From contig JAUQPB010000004.1 of assembly GCA_030550585.1 (NCBI GenBank), positions 99,883 to 163,882 of the forward strand: a stretch of 64,000 nt of DNA, read 5' to 3'. The notes beneath the pieces were generated by a model. The model saw only the letters and a list, made by a program, of their open reading frames with translations, had not been told where the DNA came from and made no database searches. Below are positions 50,406-60,330 of this stretch, piece by piece. Every line of letters starts with the position of its first letter. Position 1 is the stretch's first letter. The position numbers and the translations under genes are program-made. This stretch comes from Thermoproteota archaeon. Its GTDB lineage: Archaea; Thermoproteota; Thermoprotei_A; Sulfolobales; Ignisphaeraceae.

Positions 50406-50407
50406 CT

Positions 50408-51283
50408 CTAAACAACCTCGAAGAGCATGTTCCTAGAGACCTTGTCGCAATAGTCTATATACGTCTTGTTCTCTATGCCAACAACACACAAAGCATTGTG
50501 GAGAACAGTTAAAGTCCCTTTGACCAACTCATTTACATGCTTTAAACCACTTGGAACACCATATCTAGTACCAGAGGCCCTGAGCTTCTTTAGGAACTCT
50601 ATATCCTCATCACATATCGACATAGTAAACCAGTACCTCGATGGCGGCAACAGCGGTTCATACCTATGCAACACATCTTCATCCCATAGAAAACCATACA
50701 TAGCATTAGCTATGCCAATCAGTCCATCTATTAGTGTCTTAGGATCTACAGCCCCTCTAACAATCCTATTAACCAAACCACCAACATACTCTCTCCTAGT
50801 ACGAATATTTGCACCTCTCAAAACAGACAGACCCCTTACCCTCCTAACCAAATACCTGTCCAAAACCTCCTCTGAACTAGCCCTCTCCTTAAATATAAGA
50901 GAAGTTACAACCATGCCACAGAGAGGCGCCTGCGAAAACATTCTACCTACAACATTAGACACACTCGAAGACCCCACCTTAACATAATTCCCATAATGAA
51001 GAAGATAAACAGCAACCTCATCACCAGCGCCCCTCACAACATTTGCACCCCCACCATAGGCAATCCTAGCCAACACCCTCACCTCCTCAAGAAAACCCAC
51101 CCTATATAAACCAATATACGGCGTCAAAGAGAGTCCAACCCTACCACCATACAACTCCTCCAAAGCCAAAGACTCAAACCACAGCACACCCGCAAAATGG
51201 TCAGAGTCATCAAAACCCCTTCCACCGATTGTACCACCTCGAAACTTAGACCAAGCACCTCTCCTCATAAACATCTTCCCCAT
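50408..51283 (-). CDS. DUF2797-like / GIY-YIG-superfamily putative nuclease
   Basis: VYLLHYGNYVKVGSS..GRMFSQAP..EE pattern; stop lies 2 nt before the ago ATG. Confidence 0.6.
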   Translation of the reverse strand: MGKMFMRRGAWSKFRGGTIGGRGFDDSDHFAGVLWFESLALEELYGGRVGLSLTPYIGLYRVGFLEEVRVLARIAYGGGANVVRGAGDEVAVYLLHYGNYVKVGSSSVSNVVGRMFSQAPLCGMVVTSLIFKERASSEEVLDRYLVRRVRGLSVLRGANIRTRREYVGGLVNRIVRGAVDPKTLIDGLIGIANAMYGFLWDEDVLHRYEPLLPPSRYWFTMSICDEDIEFLKKLRASGTRYGVPSGLKHVNELVKGTLTVLHNALCVVGIENKTYIDYCDKVSRNMLFEVV

Positions 51284-51584
51284 TGCAATCCTTCATCAAA
51301 ATCCAACATTATAATTATATTTAGCATTAATAAACAATAATTGTAGTGAGAGATAGCCGAAAGTATTAAACGCATGCTCCTATGTAAGAGGTATTCTAGC
51401 TATACAAAACACAATTAAGAAAATGCTTAAGATCTATATGTGCACCTTGTTTATTTATCTATCTGGTAAGAGGGGTAATTCTATTGTATACTCAGTTTTT
51501 CAATGTTTTGCGTCTAAAAGTTGACGAATTTAAGGGCTTTAGAGATGCTTTTAACTAGGTATTGAGGGTGCTTACTATGTTTGT

Positions 51585-53009
51585 CTATGAATATATTCTT
51601 ATGTTGAGTCTCTCCTTGGGGAATTCTCCTGGTGCTATCTTGTGTAGCCAGTCTCTAACTCTCTGCCTGAACTCTAATGCAGCATCTGCTACCAGCTTAA
51701 GCTCGCTTTTATTAAATGATTTATGTGGGAATAGTAGCTTGATTAAAGCACTTGTAATTTTCTTAAAGCTCTTCTCGTCTCTTATCTTGAAGTTTTCTGA
51801 GAGTTCTATGTGTTTCCCTACTAGACCTACCAGAGATTCTTTTCTCATGCTATGCAACGCTTCTGCGAAGTAGTCTGAGGCTATTCCATACCCCTTAGAT
51901 AGATGATACTTGGTTTGAGAGATTTTGGGCAGTTCCCAGCCTGGTAGCAGACCATGGATTCTATCTATAAATGCCGAATCTCTCATGGGCTCAGGTAGCA
52001 CATAGGTTAAGTCTTCGATTGGTACATAACCTTCAGCACTCATTTCAACAGCTATATTGCCCATGAAGACCAACGACGCATCAGATACAACCTTCTTATC
52101 GCCTCTCTCATAGTGGCCGCTCTCCATATAGTCTTTGAGCTTGCCCATCATCTCATCCGGGTTCTGAAACCTAACCTTGCTAACCTCGTCAAAGACCACT
52201 ACGTCTTTAACAGCTAGCTCGCCAGGAACTCTAGTTCTTAAGTTGTAGAATAGAACAGCTGGTGATATGATTCCACCAGATATTATCCTAACATAGTTGC
52301 TCACATTTCTGTAGAGATACATCTTCCCAGTTTGCCTAGGGCCAAACTCAACCATATTCACATTGCCCTCAGCTAGCGGTATGAGGCGTGAGAGTAGGAG
52401 AAGCTTTTGCCTAGGGCTATAGACGGTGGGGTCTAGACCAATGGTATTTATCAAAACATCTATCCACTCATCAAGTGTGAAACACTCTCTAGCCTCCTCA
52501 AGAATCTTTGGGTCTGTATCAGGTGCTTGAAAAGGCTTGAAGTCTGCTACAACCACTGAAATAGGCCTCCCAAAAACCTCTATGGGGATATCCGACTTCT
52601 TGAGAGTTATCAGCCCCCACATCCCAGTTGTTAGTGTAGCCCTATTCCTATTAACAATGTCTACAGGCACCAGAGCCCATATATCAAGCGCCTGAATAAC
52701 ACCAACATGAGTCTCTGTCTCAATATCAACATACACTCTCAGCTCGTCGATTAACCTAACAACACCTTCCGTGACCAACTTGTGCTTAACAACCTCCTTC
52801 TCCTCAGGCTCATAATAATGATCTTTAACAAAATTTCTTAACTTACTTTCCCAATCACCACCGCCATACATGAACTCGGAGATTAGAAACTCAGCCACAT
52901 ACCTAGGAAGCTTGGCTAACTCAAGCTCATAGGCAAGCCTCTTATCAACAGCGTAATCGCCAAAACACCTCTTAACCTTATTAAACAACTCGCTCACACA
53001 ATCACCCAA
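51585..53009 (-). CDS. brxL: BrxL-like ATPase lacking the Lon protease domain
   Basis: PRYVAEFLI, LTTGMWG, FTLDEWID, GPRQTGK, FDEV, LKDYMESG, DSAFIDRIH..PGWE and RQRV motifs. Confidence 0.85.
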   Translation of the reverse strand: MGDCVSELFNKVKRCFGDYAVDKRLAYELELAKLPRYVAEFLISEFMYGGGDWESKLRNFVKDHYYEPEEKEVVKHKLVTEGVVRLIDELRVYVDIETETHVGVIQALDIWALVPVDIVNRNRATLTTGMWGLITLKKSDIPIEVFGRPISVVVADFKPFQAPDTDPKILEEARECFTLDEWIDVLINTIGLDPTVYSPRQKLLLLSRLIPLAEGNVNMVEFGPRQTGKMYLYRNVSNYVRIISGGIISPAVLFYNLRTRVPGELAVKDVVVFDEVSKVRFQNPDEMMGKLKDYMESGHYERGDKKVVSDASLVFMGNIAVEMSAEGYVPIEDLTYVLPEPMRDSAFIDRIHGLLPGWELPKISQTKYHLSKGYGIASDYFAEALHSMRKESLVGLVGKHIELSENFKIRDEKSFKKITSALIKLLFPHKSFNKSELKLVADAALEFRQRVRDWLHKIAPGEFPKERLNIRIYS

Positions 53010-56000
53010 TATCTAAGAGCGTCTTCCTCCTCTTAGGACCTGCAGACTCTACAACATCTATAACAATATCCAAAGAGTTTTCCTCACCACGCCAAACCCA
53101 CTTGAGAACACCTTTATATTTACCCGGCTTCAGAGGAGGTGTTGAAATTCTATACCTCCCCTCTACAATACTGAAAGAACCCTTACCCCAAGGCAACTCA
53201 TACGTAAACACTATCTCCTCACCCGATGGGTTAACAACATCGACCTCGATATAAGATCCCACATCAGGCTGCAGAGAAGTGTTCAAAACATTGACAATGG
53301 GTCTCTCCGGCATAACAACTTCTTCCTCCTCAGAAATCTCCTCACCAGAGAGCACCGCTAGCAACTTCTTGAGCTCTCTAAGCTCAGTCTCGTTCATGCC
53401 AAACAGTTTAGCAACAGCAACATCCAGCTCCTCCTCAACCTTTCTAAGCTCACCCTCAAGACCCCTTCTACCCTTTTCATAGATCTCTCTAGCAAGCTCG
53501 TGAGCTCTCATAGAAAGCTCAACTATTTTCTGATGATTAGGGTTACACTTATCGAATTTAGGAATGCGCATATTTTCAAGCATACCTCCTACCATGTAGA
53601 CACCATATACAGTTGCTATTGTGGAATTTAGTATTCCAGCAATATAGTATGCTTCATCTCTATCATAGAGTGGTATCAGTATCACTGTATGATCAGGTAT
53701 GACAACTTTTTTACCTAAATACCTACTCTCAACAGGCTCCACAACAGCGACATGAAATCCACCAGCTTGCATACGTGCCGATACCTCCTTCCAGACAACT
53801 TTATAAGGTGCAAAAGTATATGAGCCGATATCATAAACGGAATAAAATGGGTTTCCCTTACCCCACAGTTTATGTACCGATCTACCTTCCAGCTCCCTCT
53901 TATACATATTTAAGTAATCGTAAGTTTGTGGGAACTTTACTTTAAAGTCACTCTCACGAAGAGGTTTGCCTGTTTTAGGGTCATGCGGCACAATTATGTA
54001 TCTGTCCTCGAAGCTTACATACCATTTCTTCACGTCTCTTCCTCTTATCAACGGATATACTAGATCTGGTTCCACGGCAACCTCAACTTGCTTAACCTTT
54101 TTCTTCTGGCCTGGCTCAGGAGGATTTGTGATCCTGAGTTTTCCATCGTGAAGTTTTTCAAGTATTTTCACAAAGTATACCTGGTTTAGCGCCACATTTA
54201 CTCCTTCGTGGGCTTCATAATACTGGCTTCTACCAACCATTTTTCTGATGGCTTCAAGTGCTCGTGGAGTTACCTGCATCCAAGGACTGGTAGGATCATT
54301 TGTTATTAGAGGAGCCATTACGGCTTCAAACCGTTGTGTTGCCTTTAACACTTCCTCTAAAGGCGTGTCTGTTGGTATAGGCTTCTTTGATGTATTGGCC
54401 CATACTATGTGTTTAATCTCACTAATGTTGCTCTTGTATACCTCTCCCATCTGCGGACATCTGCCATTGTTAATGTCTGATAGGCTACACACCTTCTCGA
54501 CAACTATTGCAGCTGTTCTGTTTACTGCCCCCTCAAACGGATATAGTGTTACAAGGTCGTGGATCACGTGTATACGGGTCTTCCTAACAAGGAAATCTCT
54601 GAAGCCTGCACCTGCCTGAGTTTTAAATACTGTGAATGGCATTAAGAAGCCCAGCTTGCCTCCCTCCTTGAGGTATAGATCAAAGCATCTCGCTAGGAAG
54701 AGCATTGCCAGATCTCTCTTAACTTTGCCTAAACCTGTCTTACCTTTGATTTCGGCAAGTCCGTATCTAACCCACAAATCTTTGCTTATCTCCCTATAGT
54801 TTTCTGGTAGGTTTTCCCAGTTTACCCATGGTGGGTTGCCCACAACGTAGTCGAACTTCCCTTTAAGTATTGGTGCAAAGGCGTTTCTCAGGATTGAGAT
54901 CCATACATCGTCTTTGCCCTCTTCCTCGAGCTTGAGTAACTCCCCAAACAACTTTCCTAGCATTTCAGCATCTCTTTCGCTTACATCTTTAAACTTATAC
55001 CTAATTCTATTCTTAAAGTCCTCAACGCTATACCTATTCCTCAGAGCCTGGGATATTTCGGCCAGTATCTCGGGTAGCAAGCCCTTGTCAACAACATTTA
55101 TAGGTATCTGAAACTCTCCAACAACTGTTCTAAGTATGTACACATCGCCGGTCAGCTGCGTGCTTCTCTCAATCATTATCGAGTCGGCTAGGTACACAGG
55201 TATCTCAATTTTCCCTCTGGCATAGCTAAGCAGGTCTGCTATAGCCAACAGATAGTTTGTTCTAGCTGTGAGGACCGCCAATGGATTAAGATCGTATCCC
55301 ACAACATTCTCTAAGACATAATCTAATAATTGGTCTGTTAGGTAGTGCTCCTCGGCATATCTCCTAAGCCTGCTTATGTAGAGTACTAGGAATGTCCCTG
55401 AGCCACATGCCGGATCCAAAACCCTTATCCTAAGAGGTTTTAGCGAGTCTTCCTCACCCATCTTAAGCAGGTTATCTAGGCTCAGACCAATTTCATCTAG
55501 TAATAAGTTGGCTAGCCAGTCTGGTGTGTAGAACTCTCCGAGTCTGTGCCTCAAGTCGCTTGGAACAAGGTTCTGGTAGAGCCTCTTCAGCAAGTCCCTG
55601 GCAAACTCGGGCTCTAGCTGGGGTGTGGCCACCTCGTAGTCCGATAGTCTTCTAGCTATCTCTGCTATAACATCTGCTAGGTCTTTATCGAGTTCGTCTA
55701 GATACCACGAGAAGTAGTCGCCCTCTAGGAAATTCTCGATGTTGAGTAGCTTTCTGAATAGACCCCCACTCTCAAGATCTCTTAGAACATCTTTAACACC
55801 TTCAACGCCACCTCTAGAATATGCGTCGTCGAGTTCGGCTACATAGGATCTGTAGAACCTCCCTCCACCGTACAAGTATGCTATCTCAGCGGCTAACAGC
55901 TTCATTATTAGAGCATAATACGTGTGGATAGAGAATATCAGTGCATCGTAATCTATGCTTTCCACAAGGCCATACTCGCTCGCTAGCTTCGGCAACTCCT

Positions 56001-56661
56001 CAAGCTCTTCTGGTTTATAGCCTGTTGCCTGCTTGAAGAGCCTCATCCAGTCTTCGAATAGAGTTTTTGTTCTGGGGCTTTTGCTCTGTTTAAGCTTGTT
56101 GTAGAGCAACTTGATGGCTTTTCTCGCTATTTCAGACTGGGGCCCGAAGTCCCTGACAAGACTATTGACATCCAAATTCTTTCTTCTGAGACCTCTTAAA
56201 GCCTCAACAAGCTTTACTACAACCTCGCGCCTAATGTCGTAGGGCCCTCTCAGCACCCACGCATCGCTTCTAGGATCATATCTGACAAAAGCTATTCTAT
56301 CGCTTATTATTACACCTAGATACCTAGACCACTCAGATTTGCCTCCAGCCTCATCCCTTATGTATCTTATGACCTGCTCCTTAGCTCTTTGAATATCGTG
56401 GGCCGAGGACAGCTTGCCAGGGGCTTTATACTCTACAATTACATGCCCATATAAGGCATCAACCCTAGCACCAGAGACCAACGTATACTCATACTTACCA
56501 GCAACACTTTGAAGACCCAGAGGCTTCAAAATCTTTTCCTCTATACACGACGAAACCCTTACCCTAACATCCTCCTCTGTAGCGGCTCTAAGAACAGAAT
56601 TCTTAATACACAACATTATATCATCAATATCTAGCTGAGGAACACTAATACGCTGAGACAC
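53002..56661 (-). CDS. Type IIG restriction-modification fusion (PD-(D/E)xK nuclease + amino-MTase + TRD) with extra C-terminal beta domain
   Basis: VDAL..VEYK, GEFYTP, DPACGSGTF, GNPPW and GILNS motifs. Confidence 0.9.
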   Translation of the reverse strand: MSQRISVPQLDIDDIMLCIKNSVLRAATEEDVRVRVSSCIEEKILKPLGLQSVAGKYEYTLVSGARVDALYGHVIVEYKAPGKLSSAHDIQRAKEQVIRYIRDEAGGKSEWSRYLGVIISDRIAFVRYDPRSDAWVLRGPYDIRREVVVKLVEALRGLRRKNLDVNSLVRDFGPQSEIARKAIKLLYNKLKQSKSPRTKTLFEDWMRLFKQATGYKPEELEELPKLASEYGLVESIDYDALIFSIHTYYALIMKLLAAEIAYLYGGGRFYRSYVAELDDAYSRGGVEGVKDVLRDLESGGLFRKLLNIENFLEGDYFSWYLDELDKDLADVIAEIARRLSDYEVATPQLEPEFARDLLKRLYQNLVPSDLRHRLGEFYTPDWLANLLLDEIGLSLDNLLKMGEEDSLKPLRIRVLDPACGSGTFLVLYISRLRRYAEEHYLTDQLLDYVLENVVGYDLNPLAVLTARTNYLLAIADLLSYARGKIEIPVYLADSIMIERSTQLTGDVYILRTVVGEFQIPINVVDKGLLPEILAEISQALRNRYSVEDFKNRIRYKFKDVSERDAEMLGKLFGELLKLEEEGKDDVWISILRNAFAPILKGKFDYVVGNPPWVNWENLPENYREISKDLWVRYGLAEIKGKTGLGKVKRDLAMLFLARCFDLYLKEGGKLGFLMPFTVFKTQAGAGFRDFLVRKTRIHVIHDLVTLYPFEGAVNRTAAIVVEKVCSLSDINNGRCPQMGEVYKSNISEIKHIVWANTSKKPIPTDTPLEEVLKATQRFEAVMAPLITNDPTSPWMQVTPRALEAIRKMVGRSQYYEAHEGVNVALNQVYFVKILEKLHDGKLRITNPPEPGQKKKVKQVEVAVEPDLVYPLIRGRDVKKWYVSFEDRYIIVPHDPKTGKPLRESDFKVKFPQTYDYLNMYKRELEGRSVHKLWGKGNPFYSVYDIGSYTFAPYKVVWKEVSARMQAGGFHVAVVEPVESRYLGKKVVIPDHTVILIPLYDRDEAYYIAGILNSTIATVYGVYMVGGMLENMRIPKFDKCNPNHQKIVELSMRAHELAREIYEKGRRGLEGELRKVEEELDVAVAKLFGMNETELRELKKLLAVLSGEEISEEEEVVMPERPIVNVLNTSLQPDVGSYIEVDVVNPSGEEIVFTYELPWGKGSFSIVEGRYRISTPPLKPGKYKGVLKWVWRGEENSLDIVIDVVESAGPKRRKTLLDIG

Positions 56662-56667
56662 CCTAAT

Positions 56668-56871
56668 TCACCTCTTCCTAGGCCTAACTCTAATTACAAA
56701 TACAGAAACTTTATTTGAGCGAGGGCTCACACCATAATAGTAATTGAAAACTCCATGACACTTCGGGCACTCAATCCTCTTGACGGTGTAGAATCTAAAT
56801 TTCCACGGTTTTCTGAGAAGCTTAAACCCCTCCTCACTTGAATCATAACCACAGAACGGACATTTGACCAT
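56668..56871 (-). CDS. Small Zn-ribbon protein leading the RM-brxL operon
   Basis: CPFC..CPKC; 6 nt from the MTase start. Confidence 0.7.
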   Translation of the reverse strand: MVKCPFCGYDSSEEGFKLLRKPWKFRFYTVKRIECPKCHGVFNYYYGVSPRSNKVSVFVIRVRPRKR

Positions 56872-57493
56872 GTTCCCACACCTTTTCTTCTGTTCTATAG
56901 CATCTTCCAACACTAGTTACAGCTAATGTAGACATAGACTCTTCAGCGCCTGTTATAAAATCTGCTATGAACAGAGTAAATAAAGGTATCTATCCCGGCA
57001 ATAACGTTTTAAGATGTCGCTTTTCATATCTATTCTATGATATTTTGGATCTCCAACAAAGACTGTTAGACATAGCTGGTGAGTCATTCTTTGTTGGTCT
57101 TAGGAATTCTAAGCACTTTGATGTTTTAACTCTTTCTTCGATGAACCCTTTAATGCACTTAATACATAAGTAGCGGTATATGCCAAGCTATATTATGACT
57201 GGAAAATTGGGGTGGGATAGGCTAATGGAGGCAATGGCAACTCTTATATCCAGGTAACAACACTTATCTCACTCCCTGAGGCAATTGACAAATTTGCTAG
57301 AGCCCTACAAAACATGTCTTACTTGCTAGGACATCTCTTTTCAAAGAGCATTTGCTACTACATCAAAGTATTTTGTTTTTGTATTGCTTGCAGAATCTTG
57401 TAACAATCTAGGTGATGAAAAGCTCCTAAAGAATTGAGAGAATTAGCTATATATGTTGTTTTGCAAACCAGGTGAAAATAGAATGGCTTTGAA

Positions 57494-58532
57494 GTGGTTG
57501 TTATGTCGGGCGAGAGCTCAGAGAATGTTATTGAATTGGCTCAAAGATTTCTTGTGTATGCCAAATACGATTTAGAAATAGCTGAGATATTGTATTCGCT
57601 GGAGGCGCAGAAACAGAACCATTATTATAAGCAACAGGCTCTCTACTACTTAGAGCAGGCCTCAGAAAAGACCCTAAAGACCTATATTATTTATCTATGG
57701 GTTCTCCAGCTAAGCTTCGTTACAGAGATTGCTGAGAAGATAAATACATCAGAGAAGTTTAGAGATGTTCACAATCTGTTGAAGAGAATTAGTGGTTATG
57801 TAGACCCGAGAAAACTGGGACACGAATTCCGGGGGGTTCTTAAAAGATTTCACTAATTTATTTGAGAGCTGGTGCTCGGGAAGGCTAATCGATTACATGA
57901 ATTCTACACTAAGTCAAATACCTACTAGCCTAGCTAAGAGTAAGGAGCGGATTATAGAAGGCGGTGTTGAGGAAGGGGCTATGCCGAGAGAAGCAGCTGA
58001 GAAATTAATTGATTTGATTGTTTCATATTATTCGCAACCAGTACCCATTGTAATGGACGACACAAGGAAAAGCTTGTGTATGGATGCCCAATCCATCTTT
58101 GGCAGATATTTAGAGTCGATAAATACCGCTGAGCGTTGCCTCGAGCTAACCACACAGTTCGTTGAAAAGGTGGAGGAGCAAGCTGAAACCGTTTATAACA
58201 GAGTCCTAAGAGAATACGAAGCATCTCTACTTGTGACAATGAAAATCAAGGAACTGCTATCGGGACTAGCTGAGCTAGCCGGTTTGATACCTTTGCCCAA
58301 GGCTTTAAGCGAAAAAAGACTAGAGGAACTCTTAAAAATCATTGTGGTAGACAACCTTGATGTGTTTATGTCAATTCCACTACACATTTGCTTAAGCCGA
58401 TATTACAATGATGTAAGGTATGGAAAGGTTCAAGAAGATGAGCTAAAGACGCTACCAGATGTCATTAGACTGCTAAGGAATATCCATGAAAAAACAGAAA
58501 ACATATTCTCGTTAATCTACCATTATGCGTAA
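57494..58532 (+). pseudogene. Extended HEPN-domain protein split by a +1 frameshift
   Basis: A..DL..A, LEQASEKTLK, RKLGH and YNDVRY motifs; removing one G from G6 at 57831-57836 restores a single ORF. Confidence 0.7.
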
Positions 58533-58762
58533 ACTTCGATACATACAACAACTGATTTATGCCAAAGCATTAATTATATAGCCGGAACACATAGGGGCAA
58601 GCATTTTTTGGTAGTACCGGCAGGCTTCCATAACCCAGCATCAGTTCACCAATTATCATGCAACTCATTATAATCTAATTAATAGGAGTTGCTACAACTC
58701 TTGACCAGAGAGATGTCTAGTATACTTAAGGCTAGAATTGCTTAACTCCACGCAATAAATCC

Positions 58763-59386
58763 TTAAATACCATAGATACGTTTGTAATTCAAATCTATGA
58801 CACGAACAATCTTTAAATCCATTTCTAAATGTTTGATTATCTTATCATACTCTTTATTATCATACCATTCTTTTACTTCATTGCCATAGCCAAAAGGCTC
58901 TGGAACATCTATTCCGCTGCTTCTTGCCTTCTCAACCAGGTACTCAAGTTTTAGATCCTTGAATTTCATGTTATGGAATGGTAGAGATGTTTGGAAGTAG
59001 TCTATGGTGAAGGTGTTGTGCCATAACTCATTTAGATTTGGTAGAGTTTCCACGTTGTATTCTACTCCTTTCTGTATGAGAAGCAGGACATCGAATCTAA
59101 GTATGTTGAAGCCTATAACACTGAGAAAGTCTATTCTATTATTCTTCTGATCTTGAACGAGTCTTCTCAAATAATCGTAGAATTGAAGAACCACATTTCT
59201 CTCCCCTCCAAGCTCCCACTCAGCAAAATAATGAAACTTTACGCTATGCCCATCCCATATCTTTGAAGATTCTGGTTTGTATGGAGTCCAATCCTCTAAT
59301 ACGCCAATAACAATTATTTTCTCTCTTCTAAAGATGTCCTCGTTTCTCGGCCTATAGGTTTCTACGTCTAGATAGAAAACCCACAA
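58763..59386 (-). CDS. DEDD / RNase H-like 3'-5' exonuclease (YprB/PolB-exo-like)
   Basis: LDVETY, GFNILRFD, IDYF and HLEMDL motifs. Confidence 0.75.
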   Translation of the reverse strand: MWVFYLDVETYRPRNEDIFRREKIIVIGVLEDWTPYKPESSKIWDGHSVKFHYFAEWELGGERNVVLQFYDYLRRLVQDQKNNRIDFLSVIGFNILRFDVLLLIQKGVEYNVETLPNLNELWHNTFTIDYFQTSLPFHNMKFKDLKLEYLVEKARSSGIDVPEPFGYGNEVKEWYDNKEYDKIIKHLEMDLKIVRVIDLNYKRIYGI

Positions 59387-59646
59387 CCTCTCTCACAACA
59401 CCATAATCCACAGCAACTCTGTACATCATACCGCTCACCATATCAAAGTTCTCTCAGTGGATAATAAATGCTTTAGAGATGATATACTAAAGCGCTCTTG
59501 ATTAGCCCCAGCTCTCGAAAACAATGAGAACCCTGGTGAATATGCTGCTGCAGAAGGTTTGCAAAGGACTTTATCGAGAAGTGCTTTAGGGATTAGCCGA
59601 TCTATTCTTGTCGACACCACATATTCATCCTCATGACTGTTCTAGA

Positions 59647-60330
59647 TTATGGTATGGGCAGTCCTGCTTTGCTGAAAGCACTCTTTATTTCTTCTGCATA
59701 TTTATTGATTCTCTCTTCAGCTGTTTCTCCAAATTCATTTCTTCCTCTTCCATATACGTAGCTGTGGAATGGTATTCTCTGAATGGGGTTCTTGATCCCC
59801 AGTGCACTTCTGTGTTTTTTGAGTAGGCGTTCTGATTCGCCACCCATTGCTATTACGACAGGCTCTTTCCCAGTGATCTTCTTTACCAGCTCTAGCTCTT
59901 TCTTTAAAAACTCTAGGCATGGTTTAGGCACATCCCTGATTTTCTCTTCTGCTTTACCCTTGCACTTGATCAAATCTGTTACCAGTATTCTGCTGTCGTA
60001 GTAAACGAATGTATCTTTCTCCATCGCAAACCTCTCTTCGACAAGCCCAAGCCTCTTCAAAGCATTTGCCAAGTAGATATTTGCAGTATCTATAATCCAT
60101 GCTCCTGTCGGCCTCAAGGCAACTATAACCCCATTCAACTCCCCAGTATACCTAAACAATATGTAGTAAACATCTTTTCCACAAGGAAACTTGTTTTTGA
60201 ACCACCAACACCATTTGTTTGATAGGCTGTGCTCAGACAGCTTCTCAGAATCCCAAGAACCCCTATATGGACAGCCCACAAAATTACAGTTCATAACCTC
60301 GTTCTGCAAATCATAAAACCCCTCAATCAT
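59647..60330 (-). CDS. Divergent uracil-DNA-glycosylase-superfamily protein
   Basis: VALRP, VTDLIKC, CLEFLKKELELVK..VIAMG and PFHSY motifs. Confidence 0.65.
   Translation of the reverse strand: MIEGFYDLQNEVMNCNFVGCPYRGSWDSEKLSEHSLSNKWCWWFKNKFPCGKDVYYILFRYTGELNGVIVALRPTGAWIIDTANIYLANALKRLGLVEERFAMEKDTFVYYDSRILVTDLIKCKGKAEEKIRDVPKPCLEFLKKELELVKKITGKEPVVIAMGGESERLLKKHRSALGIKNPIQRIPFHSYVYGRGRNEFGETAEERINKYAEEIKSAFSKAGLPIP

Noticed and set aside
51585-56661. Calling a complete BREX system
   Set aside because: No pglZ, brxC/pglY, brxA or brxB in the window, and the methylase has an N-terminal nuclease motif typical of Type IIG enzymes.
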